Shown piece after piece: positions 9,606-18,922 of a stretch of DNA of 64,000 bases. Position 1 is the stretch's first letter. Each line of letters begins with the position of its first letter. Under the pieces are notes generated by a model that saw only the letters and a program-made list of their open reading frames with translations, was not told the DNA's origin and did no database searches. The position numbers and the translations under genes were made by a program. This stretch comes from Chthoniobacteraceae bacterium (GTDB taxonomy: Bacteria > Verrucomicrobiota > Verrucomicrobiia > Chthoniobacterales > Chthoniobacteraceae), in assembly GCA_031409655.1 (NCBI GenBank), contig JANNXQ010000127.1, forward strand, positions 32,001-96,000. The letters are read 5' to 3'.

Positions 9606-10511
9606 ATGTCGCAACCTCTTGATAGCAGGCAGCTCCGCGCCTTCTCCGTGCTCGCGCGCACCGGGAGTTTCACCCGCACCGCGCAGGAGCTGCATCTCAC
9701 GCAGAGCGCGATCAGCCATGCCATCAAGGGGTTGGAAAGCGACATGGGCTGTCGCCTTTTGGACAGGCTGGGCAAAAGCGTGGTGCTGACGCAGGCCGGA
9801 GAACAACTGCTGGTGCGGGTCGAGCGCATCCTGGAAGAAATGAGCAGTGCGCGCTCGGAACTCGGGCGGTTGGGGAAATGGGGGACGAGTCGGCTGCGGA
9901 TCGGGGCGAGCACCACGGCCTGCCAGCATGTGCTGCCGGGGGTGTTGCGGGAGTTCAAGGAGAGCTTCCCGCAGTGCGCGATCTCCATCCAGCCGGGAGA
10001 CACGCCCGAAAACATCGAGGCGCTGCGGGCGCATCAGATCGATCTCGCGGTGAATCTCGAACCGCACCGCGAAGCACAACTCGATTTTCGCCCGATGTTC
10101 ACCGACGAGCTGCAGTTCATCGTGAGCCCGCTCCATCCGTGGGCCAAGGCGGGCAAAGTGGCGCGCGCTGAGATCGCTCGCGAACACTACATCCTCTACG
10201 GAAAGGGGAGCTACACCTTCAAGATGATCGAGGCCTACTTCCGCGCGGACGAGATCGTCCTGCATAGCCTGCTCGACCTCGGGAATATGGAAGCGATCAA
10301 GGAACTCGTGAAACTCGGGCTCGGGATCAGCATCGCCGCGCCATGGACCGCGCGCGCGGAGATCGAGGAAAAGTCCCTCGTGGCTCTCCCGCTAGGCCGG
10401 CGGAAGCTGAAACGCCGCTGGGGGATCCTGCACTGGCGCGCCCGCCGACTCTCCCTCGCGGAGGAGACGTTCGTCGGTCTCTGCGAGAGTGTCGCGGAGC
10501 GGCTCGGTTAA
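9606..10511 (+). CDS. LysR-family transcriptional regulator
   Basis: LDSRQLRAF..GSFTRTAQELHLTQSAISHAIKGLE helix-turn-helix plus substrate-binding domain; divergent from the nitrate operon. Confidence 0.95.
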   Translation: MSQPLDSRQLRAFSVLARTGSFTRTAQELHLTQSAISHAIKGLESDMGCRLLDRLGKSVVLTQAGEQLLVRVERILEEMSSARSELGRLGKWGTSRLRIGASTTACQHVLPGVLREFKESFPQCAISIQPGDTPENIEALRAHQIDLAVNLEPHREAQLDFRPMFTDELQFIVSPLHPWAKAGKVARAEIAREHYILYGKGSYTFKMIEAYFRADEIVLHSLLDLGNMEAIKELVKLGLGISIAAPWTARAEIEEKSLVALPLGRRKLKRRWGILHWRARRLSLAEETFVGLCESVAERLG

Positions 10512-10513
10512 GG

Positions 10514-10671
10514 GCCTGTTGAAAAACGCAACCTCAATGGATGGCGTCGCTCCGCGCGCCATGCCAAACTCTGCCCGCAGGCCGATCTTTCAGAGTGGCG
10601 CTGCGTGCGAAGCGAGTCATGGCGCGCGGAGCGACGCCATCCTCCGAGGCCCCAGAAGTTTTTCAACAGGC
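10514..10671. mobile_element. MITE-like palindromic element
   Basis: Perfect 14-bp terminal inverted repeat GCCTGTTGAAAAAC and perfect inner 25-bp inverted repeat (10539-10563 / 10618-10642); lies between convergent stop codons. Confidence 0.7.
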
Positions 10672-10673
10672 TG

Positions 10674-11741
10674 TTAGTAAACGCCTTCCACGATCGTCTT
10701 CGTCATCGCGCCAAAGGGGCGGACCTCCGCCACGCCGTCCCAGGCGTACGGGGCGCGCGGCTTGCGGCGCAGGGCTTCGTCGCGCTCGAGGAAGCGGGGC
10801 ATGAAGAATTCCTTGGTCAGCGTCGTGAGTTCCACGCGGCCCCAGGTGTCGTACTCGACGGTCTTGGTGGTGTCGTCGGGATCCACCACGCGCAGGACCG
10901 CGCGCGGCTGCGGGGCGTAGTAGGTGATGGAGAAGTTGTCTTCCTTAGTGAGCGGCACGCTCGCAGCGAGACCCATGAGGGTATTGCCGTAGGTGGGATA
11001 AAAGCCGATGCGATTTTCGAGCACTTCCTCGACGATGAAGCGCACGTATTGCGGGAGCATCGTGGTGCCGCCGCAGAAGACGCCGCGGATGCCAGCGTCG
11101 AAGATGTTCACCTTCTCGGAGAGCGCCTCGAGCAGCTTCGGGGTGGTGAAAAGGCCGCTCACTTTGCGGTGCTTGAGGATGATCGCGGCCTGATCGACGA
11201 CGTGCTCCATGTATTGCTTGGCGACCTCGAACTGCTTGTTCGTGATGAGCTTTTTCACGAAGCGCGGATCGAGGTCGATGAAGTAGCATGACGAGCCGCG
11301 GACGTGGGCGAGATGTTCGATAGCGAGCCGCAGCCGGCGCGGTCCCGTGGGCCCCATCATCAGCCACGCGCCGCCGCGGGGGAAATGCTCGTCGGAGATT
11401 TTCTCCGAGAACTCGGAGTAATCCGTTTTGTAATCGGTCCAGCCGATGCGCTGTTTCGGCATGCCGGTGGTGCCGCCGGTTTCAAAGATGTTATACGGCT
11501 GGCCCTTGTAAGCCGCGGGCACCCAGACTTCGGGTTGCAGTTCGCGCAGCCATTCGTCTTGGAAATGCGGGAACTTTTTCAGGTCTTCGAAGCACTTGAC
11601 CTCTTTGCGCGGGTCGAAGTTTTTCCCCGCCCACTCGAGCCAGAAGGGACAGCCGGTTTCGGGTGAAAAATGCCAGGCGATGATTTCCTGGAGATGCGCT
11701 TCGAGCTGGGCTTGGGCTTGTTCGGGTGTGAGTGAGATCAT
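10674..11741 (-). CDS. EhpF/GriC-like aryl-carboxylate adenylating enzyme (PaaK/ANL-related)
   Basis: WHFSPETGCPFW, ETGGTTGMPK P-loop, DLDPRFVKK, TYGNT, ERD, C-terminal EGVY. Confidence 0.72.
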   Translation of the reverse strand: MISLTPEQAQAQLEAHLQEIIAWHFSPETGCPFWLEWAGKNFDPRKEVKCFEDLKKFPHFQDEWLRELQPEVWVPAAYKGQPYNIFETGGTTGMPKQRIGWTDYKTDYSEFSEKISDEHFPRGGAWLMMGPTGPRRLRLAIEHLAHVRGSSCYFIDLDPRFVKKLITNKQFEVAKQYMEHVVDQAAIILKHRKVSGLFTTPKLLEALSEKVNIFDAGIRGVFCGGTTMLPQYVRFIVEEVLENRIGFYPTYGNTLMGLAASVPLTKEDNFSITYYAPQPRAVLRVVDPDDTTKTVEYDTWGRVELTTLTKEFFMPRFLERDEALRRKPRAPYAWDGVAEVRPFGAMTKTIVEGVY

Positions 11742-11774
11742 GGCTTCAGGAAGAGGAGATTTGCGGGTGCCGGG

Positions 11775-13247
11775 TCATTCTTGCTCGGCTTTGGGTTCGG
11801 GTAGGAATTGGGTGAGGATCGCCCCGATCAGGGCGTAGGCGCCGGCGACGCAGGCCCCGACAATGGCAATCTTCGCTGGGTCGGGCTTGTCGGATGCCGC
11901 GAGGGTGAGGGTGATCCAGGCGGCGGCGGTGCCGAGCACGCGCCCGCCGATATTCGCGGCGAAGCTCTCGCCGGTGCCGCGCAGATGCACCGGGAAGACG
12001 AGAGGGATGTAGTTTCCCCAGAAGCTGAACTGCGCCACGACGAGGAAGCCGGCGACGAAGATGCCGAGTTTGATCGCGGTGATGCTGCCGGCATCCCCGA
12101 GTTGCCCGGACATCCACCAGAAGAGCAGCGGGACGATGATCAGCGCCGGGATCTGGAAGATCCGGAAGAGGGTGCGGCGACTGACGACGACGACGGCGAG
12201 CATCGCCAGCGCGACCCGACCGGCCATGCCGCCGATTTCCTGCCAGAAGGTGACTTTCGCGACGGCTTCGTCGCTGGCATTGCCGCCGATCTGCCGCTTC
12301 TTGCCCGCTGGAACTTCGGGTTTGCCCGCGGCTTTCGCTTCGCCCACGGCTTTGCCCACGGCGGCTTTCGCGGTCTCGATGATCGCCGCGTGACCGGATT
12401 GCTCCGGGGTGCCGATCCGCTGCGCGCCGAGGATCTGCGGGAGCTGCTGGATGGCGCCAAAGGCGATGCCGTAACTCGCGGCGAAGACGAGGGTGGTGAG
12501 GACGGTGGTCGCGCGGAGGCCGGGGGAGAAAAGCTCCGCGATGCTCGGCCGCTTGAGCACGCCAGCCAGGCGCTTCTTTTCCCACTCGGGAGACTCGGGC
12601 AGGAAAGGGCGGATCAAGATCAGCGGGAGCGCGGGAATTACGCCGGAGATCAGCGTATAGCGCCAGGCTTCATGCCCGCCGTGGATCGCCGGGAGATCCA
12701 GCGCCCACTTGGCGGCGAGGACATTCGCCGCCGCGACGAGCAGCCCGCCGACGGACGAAAACGCCTGGGTGTAGCCGAGCACTTTCTCGCGCTGCTTCGG
12801 CTCTTTGAATAACTCCGCAAGCCACGCGACCGCCGCGACGAATTCCACGCAGACGCCGATGAAGACGAGGCAACGGAAGAAGAGTAACTGCCAGAGATTC
12901 GTGGAGAATCCCGCGGCGCACGCGGCGAAAGCATAAAGCAGAATGCTGAAGGTCAGGACCCGCCGCCGGCCGAGGCGATCCGTGAGATAACCACCGAGCA
13001 AACCGAAGACCCCGCCGGCCAGCGCCGGCACGAAAAAGAGCAGGCGCGCCCATTCGGTGAATTCCTTCGAGCCCGGGATGAGCAAGGGCAGGCCATCCGG
13101 TCCGACACCGCCGAGCGCCGCGAGCGCCGGCTTCACGATGAGGGGCAGCATCAGCAACTCATAGATATCGAAGGCAAACCCGATCGCTGCGATGACGCAG
13201 ATCAGCCATTGGGTGCGCGTCAGCCCGCCGGCCTTTTCCTGAGACAT
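11775..13247 (-). CDS. Major facilitator superfamily transporter
   Basis: GYLTDRLGRRR (MFS motif A); about 12 hydrophobic segments. Confidence 0.9.
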   Translation of the reverse strand: MSQEKAGGLTRTQWLICVIAAIGFAFDIYELLMLPLIVKPALAALGGVGPDGLPLLIPGSKEFTEWARLLFFVPALAGGVFGLLGGYLTDRLGRRRVLTFSILLYAFAACAAGFSTNLWQLLFFRCLVFIGVCVEFVAAVAWLAELFKEPKQREKVLGYTQAFSSVGGLLVAAANVLAAKWALDLPAIHGGHEAWRYTLISGVIPALPLILIRPFLPESPEWEKKRLAGVLKRPSIAELFSPGLRATTVLTTLVFAASYGIAFGAIQQLPQILGAQRIGTPEQSGHAAIIETAKAAVGKAVGEAKAAGKPEVPAGKKRQIGGNASDEAVAKVTFWQEIGGMAGRVALAMLAVVVVSRRTLFRIFQIPALIIVPLLFWWMSGQLGDAGSITAIKLGIFVAGFLVVAQFSFWGNYIPLVFPVHLRGTGESFAANIGGRVLGTAAAWITLTLAASDKPDPAKIAIVGACVAGAYALIGAILTQFLPEPKAEQE

Positions 13248-13270
13248 GTGCGAGGGGGACGGGAGGAAGG

Positions 13271-14839
13271 TTACTTGGCCGCGGCGGTCACCGGCTTGGC
13301 CCCAGCGCCGATGGCGTAGAGATGCGTCTGGGTGCCGATGTACATGATGCCATTGGCCACCACGGGCGTGGAATAGACCGGGGCGTTCATGTTCACTTCG
13401 CTGAGGATCTTCTTCTCCTTGGCGCTTGCGAGGATGACTAAGTCTCCGTCTTCATCGCCGACATAGACCTTGCCGTCGGCGACAAAGGTCGAGCCCCACA
13501 TGTGCGCCTGCATGTCGTGGACCCAATGCAACTTCCCAGTCTCGGCATCGAGGCAATGCACGAAGCCCGAAAAGTCGCCGAGAAAGAGCAAGCCATTGGC
13601 GGGATCGATCGAGACGGTGCTGATGCTGCGCTTGGCATCCATGTAATCCCAGATCAGGCCAGTCTTGGTGACGTCGCCGGTCTTGGTGGCATCGATGCAG
13701 ACGAGGCGACCGACACCTTCGCCATGTTCGGGATCCTGGCCGATGGCGACATAGATGCGGTTCTTATAAAAGACGGGGGTGGAATTGATCTCGCTCGGAC
13801 CCTCAGCCGCGGGATACTTGATCGGCTTGCCGGACTTATCGACCTTGTAAGACTCCGGCACGGCATCGAACCACCAGACCTTCTTGATGAAGCTGGAATC
13901 ACCTTCCGTCACGGGCGTGGTGTCCAAGGCATAGAGGATGCCGTCGCCGCCGCCGAAGTACACCTGGCTTTTGCCGTTCACGAAGCCGGTCGAAGGAGAG
14001 GTCCACTGACCGTGCTTGATGTTCATGCCGATCTTGGCGTCGTCTTCGCCGACAAACTCGCCGGTCTTTTTATTCAGGGCGATGAAGGAGGGCGAGAGCG
14101 GTGACGGAATGTTGACATGGGTCCAGTCCTGGCCATTGGACGTGCAGATGAAGAGAGTATCTCCGACGGCGATTACGGAGCAGTTCGCGGCGTTGTGCGG
14201 GAAGACGCCGAGCTCATCCATCATGTCGTAACGCCAAATGATATCGGCATCTTTCTCGCCGGGCTCCACCTTCGGCTTTCCGGGGCCCACCATATACTGG
14301 GCTTCGTCCTTGAAGGGGCCGTCGTTGCCATTGGCCATGCCATTGAGATCGAGGCAGAGGACTTCGCAGCGGCTGGTCACCACATAGACCTTGTCCCCTT
14401 CGACGAGCGGCGAGCTGAGCAGCCCGAGATACTCCCAGTCGTTCACTTTCCCGGAGGCCAGCTTCGGCACCACGAGTTGCCAGAGAAAGTCGCCGTTGTA
14501 CTCGTTCAAGGCCATGAGGATCGACTTGTCGTCCTTAAAACGCGGATCGCGCGGGGTGGCGTTGTTCGTGCCCACGAGCACCTTGCCGTTCACGACCACC
14601 GGGTTGCCGTAGGTCTGGGAGCCGAGCTTGGCGACCCACTTTACATTCTCCGTGGTGGCGAGATCGACATCCTCGGAGTTTGGCTTGAATTTCCCAGGAT
14701 TAAACTTCTCCGGCAGGCCTTTTGCCGCGGAGTACATATTGCGGCCCGGGTCGTTGCCGCCCCATTGCGGCCAATCTTCGGCGCGAGCGGTGAGCGAAAG
14801 TGCAGCGAGTGCGAGAACGAAGGACGAGCGAGCGATCAT
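13271..14839 (-). CDS. Secreted PQQ-like beta-propeller repeat protein
   Basis: Signal peptide then EDWPQWGG; repeats such as CLDAETGKLHW, VADGKVYVGDEDG, STPVVANG. Confidence 0.88.
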   Translation of the reverse strand: MIARSSFVLALAALSLTARAEDWPQWGGNDPGRNMYSAAKGLPEKFNPGKFKPNSEDVDLATTENVKWVAKLGSQTYGNPVVVNGKVLVGTNNATPRDPRFKDDKSILMALNEYNGDFLWQLVVPKLASGKVNDWEYLGLLSSPLVEGDKVYVVTSRCEVLCLDLNGMANGNDGPFKDEAQYMVGPGKPKVEPGEKDADIIWRYDMMDELGVFPHNAANCSVIAVGDTLFICTSNGQDWTHVNIPSPLSPSFIALNKKTGEFVGEDDAKIGMNIKHGQWTSPSTGFVNGKSQVYFGGGDGILYALDTTPVTEGDSSFIKKVWWFDAVPESYKVDKSGKPIKYPAAEGPSEINSTPVFYKNRIYVAIGQDPEHGEGVGRLVCIDATKTGDVTKTGLIWDYMDAKRSISTVSIDPANGLLFLGDFSGFVHCLDAETGKLHWVHDMQAHMWGSTFVADGKVYVGDEDGDLVILASAKEKKILSEVNMNAPVYSTPVVANGIMYIGTQTHLYAIGAGAKPVTAAAK

Positions 14840-15048
14840 GGTGTGAGAGTGGCGGACTTGGGGAGGTATTCTTTACGCATACGTATGATTCTCCGCCAAG
14901 CGTTATCTTTGGCCAGGATTCGCCAAGCCCCGCATTTGCGGCTGCGCGCGGCACGCCCGGCGCTCGTGGACCACCCACTACCGAACCTTGTCTTGCGTCC
15001 GCTCGCTCCCGAAGGGTAGTCCACCTGCCGCCAAAACCCCCTGCCATC

Positions 15049-15687
15049 TTGAACGCCATCATTCAGAAAATCCTCGCGCTGGAGCATTTTTTCCAAGGGC
15101 TCGGCTGGCTTGGCGTGCTCCTTTTCGCGCTGGCCATCGTCGTGATCCAGATGTTCTGCGCGCCGTTGTCACCGGTGGCCATCGGGGCGGGGCTCATCTT
15201 CGGACTCGGGCGCGGCTTTGTGGCGGTCGCGCTCGGCACCGCACTGGGGGCGATCGTGAATTTTCTCATCTCCCGCCATCTGGCGCGCGCCACCGTCCAG
15301 CGCTGGCTGGCGCATCATCAGAAGTTCAAGCTCATCGACGCGGCGATCGGTCGTGAAGGCTGGAAGATCATCGCGCTGCTGCGCTTTTGCCCGATCCCCT
15401 TTGGAGTCGCGAACTACTGCTACGGCCTCACCGCCGTGCGCTTCGTCCCGTATTGCGTCGCCACGTTCTGCGCGATCACTCCAGGGAATTTCTTCTTCGT
15501 CTGGTTCGGCGCAAGTTCCCACGATGCTTTGCAGACGGTGAGCGGCGTGGGGCAGGCCTCGCAGCCGGGGAAGATCATCTTCACGGTCATCGGGCTCGTC
15601 GCCTTCTTTGCGGCCCTGACCTACGTGACGAAGATCGCCAAAGCCGCCGTGGCGCGCAGCGGGGTGGAGTCGGAGAGGGCGTCCTAA
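15049..15687 (+). CDS. TVP38/TMEM64 (DedA-type) membrane protein
   Basis: AGLIFG, LLRFCPIPFGVANYCYGLT; probable TTG start at 15049. Confidence 0.85.
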   Translation: MNAIIQKILALEHFFQGLGWLGVLLFALAIVVIQMFCAPLSPVAIGAGLIFGLGRGFVAVALGTALGAIVNFLISRHLARATVQRWLAHHQKFKLIDAAIGREGWKIIALLRFCPIPFGVANYCYGLTAVRFVPYCVATFCAITPGNFFFVWFGASSHDALQTVSGVGQASQPGKIIFTVIGLVAFFAALTYVTKIAKAAVARSGVESERAS

Positions 15688-15817
15688 AAGGAGGTCGGCG
15701 TCCTTTTCATCCTCATTTTTCCACGAGCGCTGAGGGATGAAGATGAGGATCAGGATTCAGAAGATGAGAGCCCCCGGACCTTCTCCACGCTCGCCTGGCT
15801 CACCCATCTGGAAAAAC

Positions 15818-15846
15818 AAAACCCGGAGTCCGAGGACCCCGGGTTT
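15818..15846 (-). terminator. Rho-independent terminator
   Basis: Minus strand AAACCCGGGGTC-CTCG-GACTCCGGGTTT followed by TGTTTTT, downstream of 15873..16136. Confidence 0.7.
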
Positions 15847-15872
15847 CGTGAATAACTTGATGTGCGGGACGC

Positions 15873-16136
15873 TTAGGCGCCGGTCACGGTCTGCACTTTG
15901 CCGTGCTCGGAGACGACCTTCACAGCCTTGCCGACCAGCGCGGCGTCAGCCCCAGTGGTGCCGGGGGTGAGGGTGCGAGTCACGGACTTGCCGTCCGCGG
16001 TCGTGATCGTGATCTCTTTCTTTTCCGCGTTGATCGAGCTCAGTTTGCCTTCGTCGGTCACGGTCTTGCCGCAGCCTGCGATAGCGGCTCCGGAGGAAAA
16101 GGCGACGAGGGTGAGGATGGTGAGGAGTTTCTTCAT
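15873..16136 (-). CDS. Small secreted protein of unknown function (87 aa, beta-rich)
   Basis: Signal peptide MKKLLTILTLVAFSSGAAIA; coding-like codon use; has its own terminator. Confidence 0.75.
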   Translation of the reverse strand: MKKLLTILTLVAFSSGAAIAGCGKTVTDEGKLSSINAEKKEITITTADGKSVTRTLTPGTTGADAALVGKAVKVVSEHGKVQTVTGA

Positions 16137-16294
16137 TTTATGTTCTGTTTTGTGGTGGGCCGCGGCGATGGACACCGTGATTGATGTCCGGGCGAGGCGT
16201 GATCCAAAAGGAGAGCACCCTGCGACGGGGACACAAGCGAAAACTGCGGGGCGCGGCTTTACTTTCGCGCCTCCTCGCGAACAGTGGTCGCCCC

Positions 16295-17452
16295 ATGCTC
16301 TCCCTTCGCCGACTCCTTTTCACCCTCGCCCTCACGATCGGGGCGATCGCCCGCGCCCATCCCATTCCCGACGTTCCCGTCAGTGCATTTTTTGAAGCCG
16401 GCGGCGCCACCCGCTTCGTCGTCGAGGTCGATCCGCGCTGCTTCACCGATGACCCCGATCACGCCCCGTCGCTCCTCTTCAAAGACCTGAAGGCGAAACC
16501 GCAGGCCGAGCAGGACGCCCTGCGCGAGCAAGCGCGGACCTACGTGGCGCGGACTATGGAGCTTTTCTTTGAGCCGCTCGGGAAAATCTCGCCGGACTGG
16601 CAATTCACCTGGACCGGCCGCGGCGCCGCGGCGCTGAAAGACGACGAAGACGTCTCCGTGCTCACTGGCATCTGGAAGACTACCGTGCCCGCCGGTCTGC
16701 AGGGCTACCGCCTCCGCGCTCTTCCGGAGGGCAAAGTGAGCGTCCTCTTCCTCAATCACCTACGCGGGGAAGCCGTCGAGCGCACCGCCGTCCTCTTTCC
16801 CGGCGAGACCAGCTTCCTCCTGGATCTCAGCGGGCTCGGCTCCGCCGCGCTCACCAGTCCCGCCGCTGGCGCCGTCGGCGTCACTGGAGGCCGCTGGGAG
16901 ACCTTCCTCGATTTCTTTTGGCAAGGCTTCCAGCACGTCCTGCCCAAGGGGCTCGACCACATCCTTTTCGTGCTCGGCCTTTTCCTCCTCTCCCGCGCCT
17001 GGCGTCCGCTGCTCTGGCAGGTCACCACCTTCACTGCCGCGCACACCATCACGCTCGGGCTCGCCACCTTTGGCTGGGTGCAGGTCTCCCCGCGCATCGT
17101 CGAGCCGGTCATCGCCTTCAGCCTCGTCTTCGTGGCCATGGAGAATATTTTGCGTCCGCGCTACTCGGCATGGCGGCTCGTAGTCGTCTTTGTCTTCGGC
17201 CTCGTCCACGGCCTCGGCTTCGCCAGCGCCATGCGGGAACTGGACCTTCCCCTGAAGTCCGTGCTCGTCGGCCTGCTTGGCTTCAATTTGGGCGTCGAAG
17301 GCGGCCAACTCGCCGTCGTCACCCTCGCCGCCCTCGCCACCGTCTGGCTGCGCAACCCCGTCACCTACCGTCGCGCCATCGTCATCCCCGGCTCCGCCGC
17401 CATCGCCGTCATGGGCCTGTGGTGGACGGTCACGCGGGTCTTTGGCGGATAG
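16295..17452 (+). CDS. HupE/UreJ-family protein with an N-terminal extracytoplasmic domain
   Basis: GLDHILFV, FTAAHTITL, VEPVIAFS, FGLVHGLGFA, FNLGVEGGQ. Confidence 0.88.
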   Translation: MLSLRRLLFTLALTIGAIARAHPIPDVPVSAFFEAGGATRFVVEVDPRCFTDDPDHAPSLLFKDLKAKPQAEQDALREQARTYVARTMELFFEPLGKISPDWQFTWTGRGAAALKDDEDVSVLTGIWKTTVPAGLQGYRLRALPEGKVSVLFLNHLRGEAVERTAVLFPGETSFLLDLSGLGSAALTSPAAGAVGVTGGRWETFLDFFWQGFQHVLPKGLDHILFVLGLFLLSRAWRPLLWQVTTFTAAHTITLGLATFGWVQVSPRIVEPVIAFSLVFVAMENILRPRYSAWRLVVVFVFGLVHGLGFASAMRELDLPLKSVLVGLLGFNLGVEGGQLAVVTLAALATVWLRNPVTYRRAIVIPGSAAIAVMGLWWTVTRVFGG

Positions 17453-17459
17453 GCTCTTC

Positions 17460-17705
17460 TACCGCCGCCGCTCAAGTTTTGGAAAAATAAGCCAGAGCCC
17501 TCCTTCGGCGTTTGGCATTTGGCGTTTGGCGTTTGGAGTTTGGAGTTTGGAGTTTCGCCCCGTGCAGCGGCCGCCCGATCGGCCATGCGTCATCGGAGGT
17601 AACCGCACCCGGAGCGGACAAAACTTCAAACGCCCAACGCCAATCGCTGCCCTCCACTCCCTCCGCTTTTCCAAAAAAGTCTGCTCGCCCGATGCGTCCG
17701 CCGGT
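17460..17705. repeat. Heptamer-armed palindromic element, family A (degenerate copy)
   Basis: TACCGCCGC left end, (TTTGGCG/TTTGGAG)n, GCCCCGTGCAGCGGC core, AAACTTC/AAACGCC arm; similar to 55214-55439. Confidence 0.65.
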
Positions 17706-17723
17706 GCGGCGTGCCGACCGTGG

Positions 17724-18881
17724 CTACTGCGTGACCCACTCAAGATTGAAGCGAGCGACAGCGATGTCCTCCTTACCTTCATAAAGACAAAGCACGGTGC
17801 CGTCCGGCAGCACGGCGAGATCGGAGTAGGCGCTTGGGCCCGGGTCGAGGGTTCTATTGATGGGCCAGGTCTGGCCGTCGTCGTGGCTGATTTTGATGGA
17901 GAGGTTTTGGCGTTTGCCACGACCGGCAGGCGCTTCCTTGCCTTCCTCGTCGAGCTTCAGCGTATGCGGATTGGAGAAGATGAGCGTGCCGGGCCTTGAA
18001 GGATGCGCAACGATGCTGGCCATGCAGATGGGTTCCCAGAGTTGCTCGTGGAAGACAGGTTTGGTCCAGTGGCGCGCACCATCGGGGCTGGTGGTGACGA
18101 GCTTGCGATTCGCTTTCGACACACTGCGCGCGACGAGCAGCACGCGGCCGTCGGATAACTCGGTGATCATCGTTTCGTTGGGGTTGACGCAGTCGCCTTC
18201 GTTCGGCAGGCAGAGGTCGCCGGCCTGCCAGGTCTGGCCGTGATCATCGCTGAAGATTGTGGCCGCGGCGGAGGGCGAATGATCGCCCGTTTTGCCATAA
18301 GCGAGCCAGATGGGCACGACGAGGCGACCGCTTTTAAGCTGAACGCCGTGCCCTGGGCCAGTGGCGATGACTTTCCAATCAACCTTCGTGCGGAAGGGTT
18401 CGAACGATGCCGTGATGTCCAGAGGCGCGCTCCACGTGAGGCCATCATCGGTGCTCCGCATGGCGTAGCAGCGGGCGTAGTTGACGCAGTAGAGGAACTC
18501 GATGGCCCCCGTCTCGCGATCGACGATGGCAACGGGGTTGTTTACGGTTTGCTCTCTGGCACTGGCTTCGTCGTGCTTGCGCGGATTCCCTTCGAGCCGC
18601 GCGCCGTGATGCGCGATCTGTTTTGCGTCCTGCCACGTCTTCCCTCCGTCTATGGAGCGTCGCAAATGAATCTCGATCTCGCCCCAGTCGGCGCTGCTGT
18701 TCTTCCGCGCCTCACAATAGGCAAGCGCCGTACCCCTCGCCGTCACGACGATGCCTGGGATGCGATAGCGGGTGATGCCATTCAGGCCTGGCGGGAAGAC
18801 GACGGTCTTTTCAAAGAGCGGCTCAGCAGCGCTGATTTGCAGCGCCGAAATGAGGAGGAGCGAGAGGATGAATGGGTTCAC
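17724..18881 (-). CDS. Sialidase-family protein (GH33, BNR/Asp-box)
   Basis: YRIP motif; Asp boxes SIDGGKTW, STDDGLTW, SDDHGQTW, SHDDGQTW; GTG start with signal peptide. Confidence 0.9.
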   Translation of the reverse strand: MNPFILSLLLISALQISAAEPLFEKTVVFPPGLNGITRYRIPGIVVTARGTALAYCEARKNSSADWGEIEIHLRRSIDGGKTWQDAKQIAHHGARLEGNPRKHDEASAREQTVNNPVAIVDRETGAIEFLYCVNYARCYAMRSTDDGLTWSAPLDITASFEPFRTKVDWKVIATGPGHGVQLKSGRLVVPIWLAYGKTGDHSPSAAATIFSDDHGQTWQAGDLCLPNEGDCVNPNETMITELSDGRVLLVARSVSKANRKLVTTSPDGARHWTKPVFHEQLWEPICMASIVAHPSRPGTLIFSNPHTLKLDEEGKEAPAGRGKRQNLSIKISHDDGQTWPINRTLDPGPSAYSDLAVLPDGTVLCLYEGKEDIAVARFNLEWVTQ

Positions 18882-18922
18882 TGGGGCAGGGGAGACGAAC
18901 GGTTGTCGGAAGCGATCCTCGG

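Noticed and set aside
14800..15048. N-terminal extension of the TVP38 gene
   Set aside because: Overlaps the divergent gene's start and upstream region; family-like sequence begins near TTG 15049
16170..16189. GGACA...TGTCC palindrome as an operator
   Set aside because: Only 5-bp arms and no second copy seen
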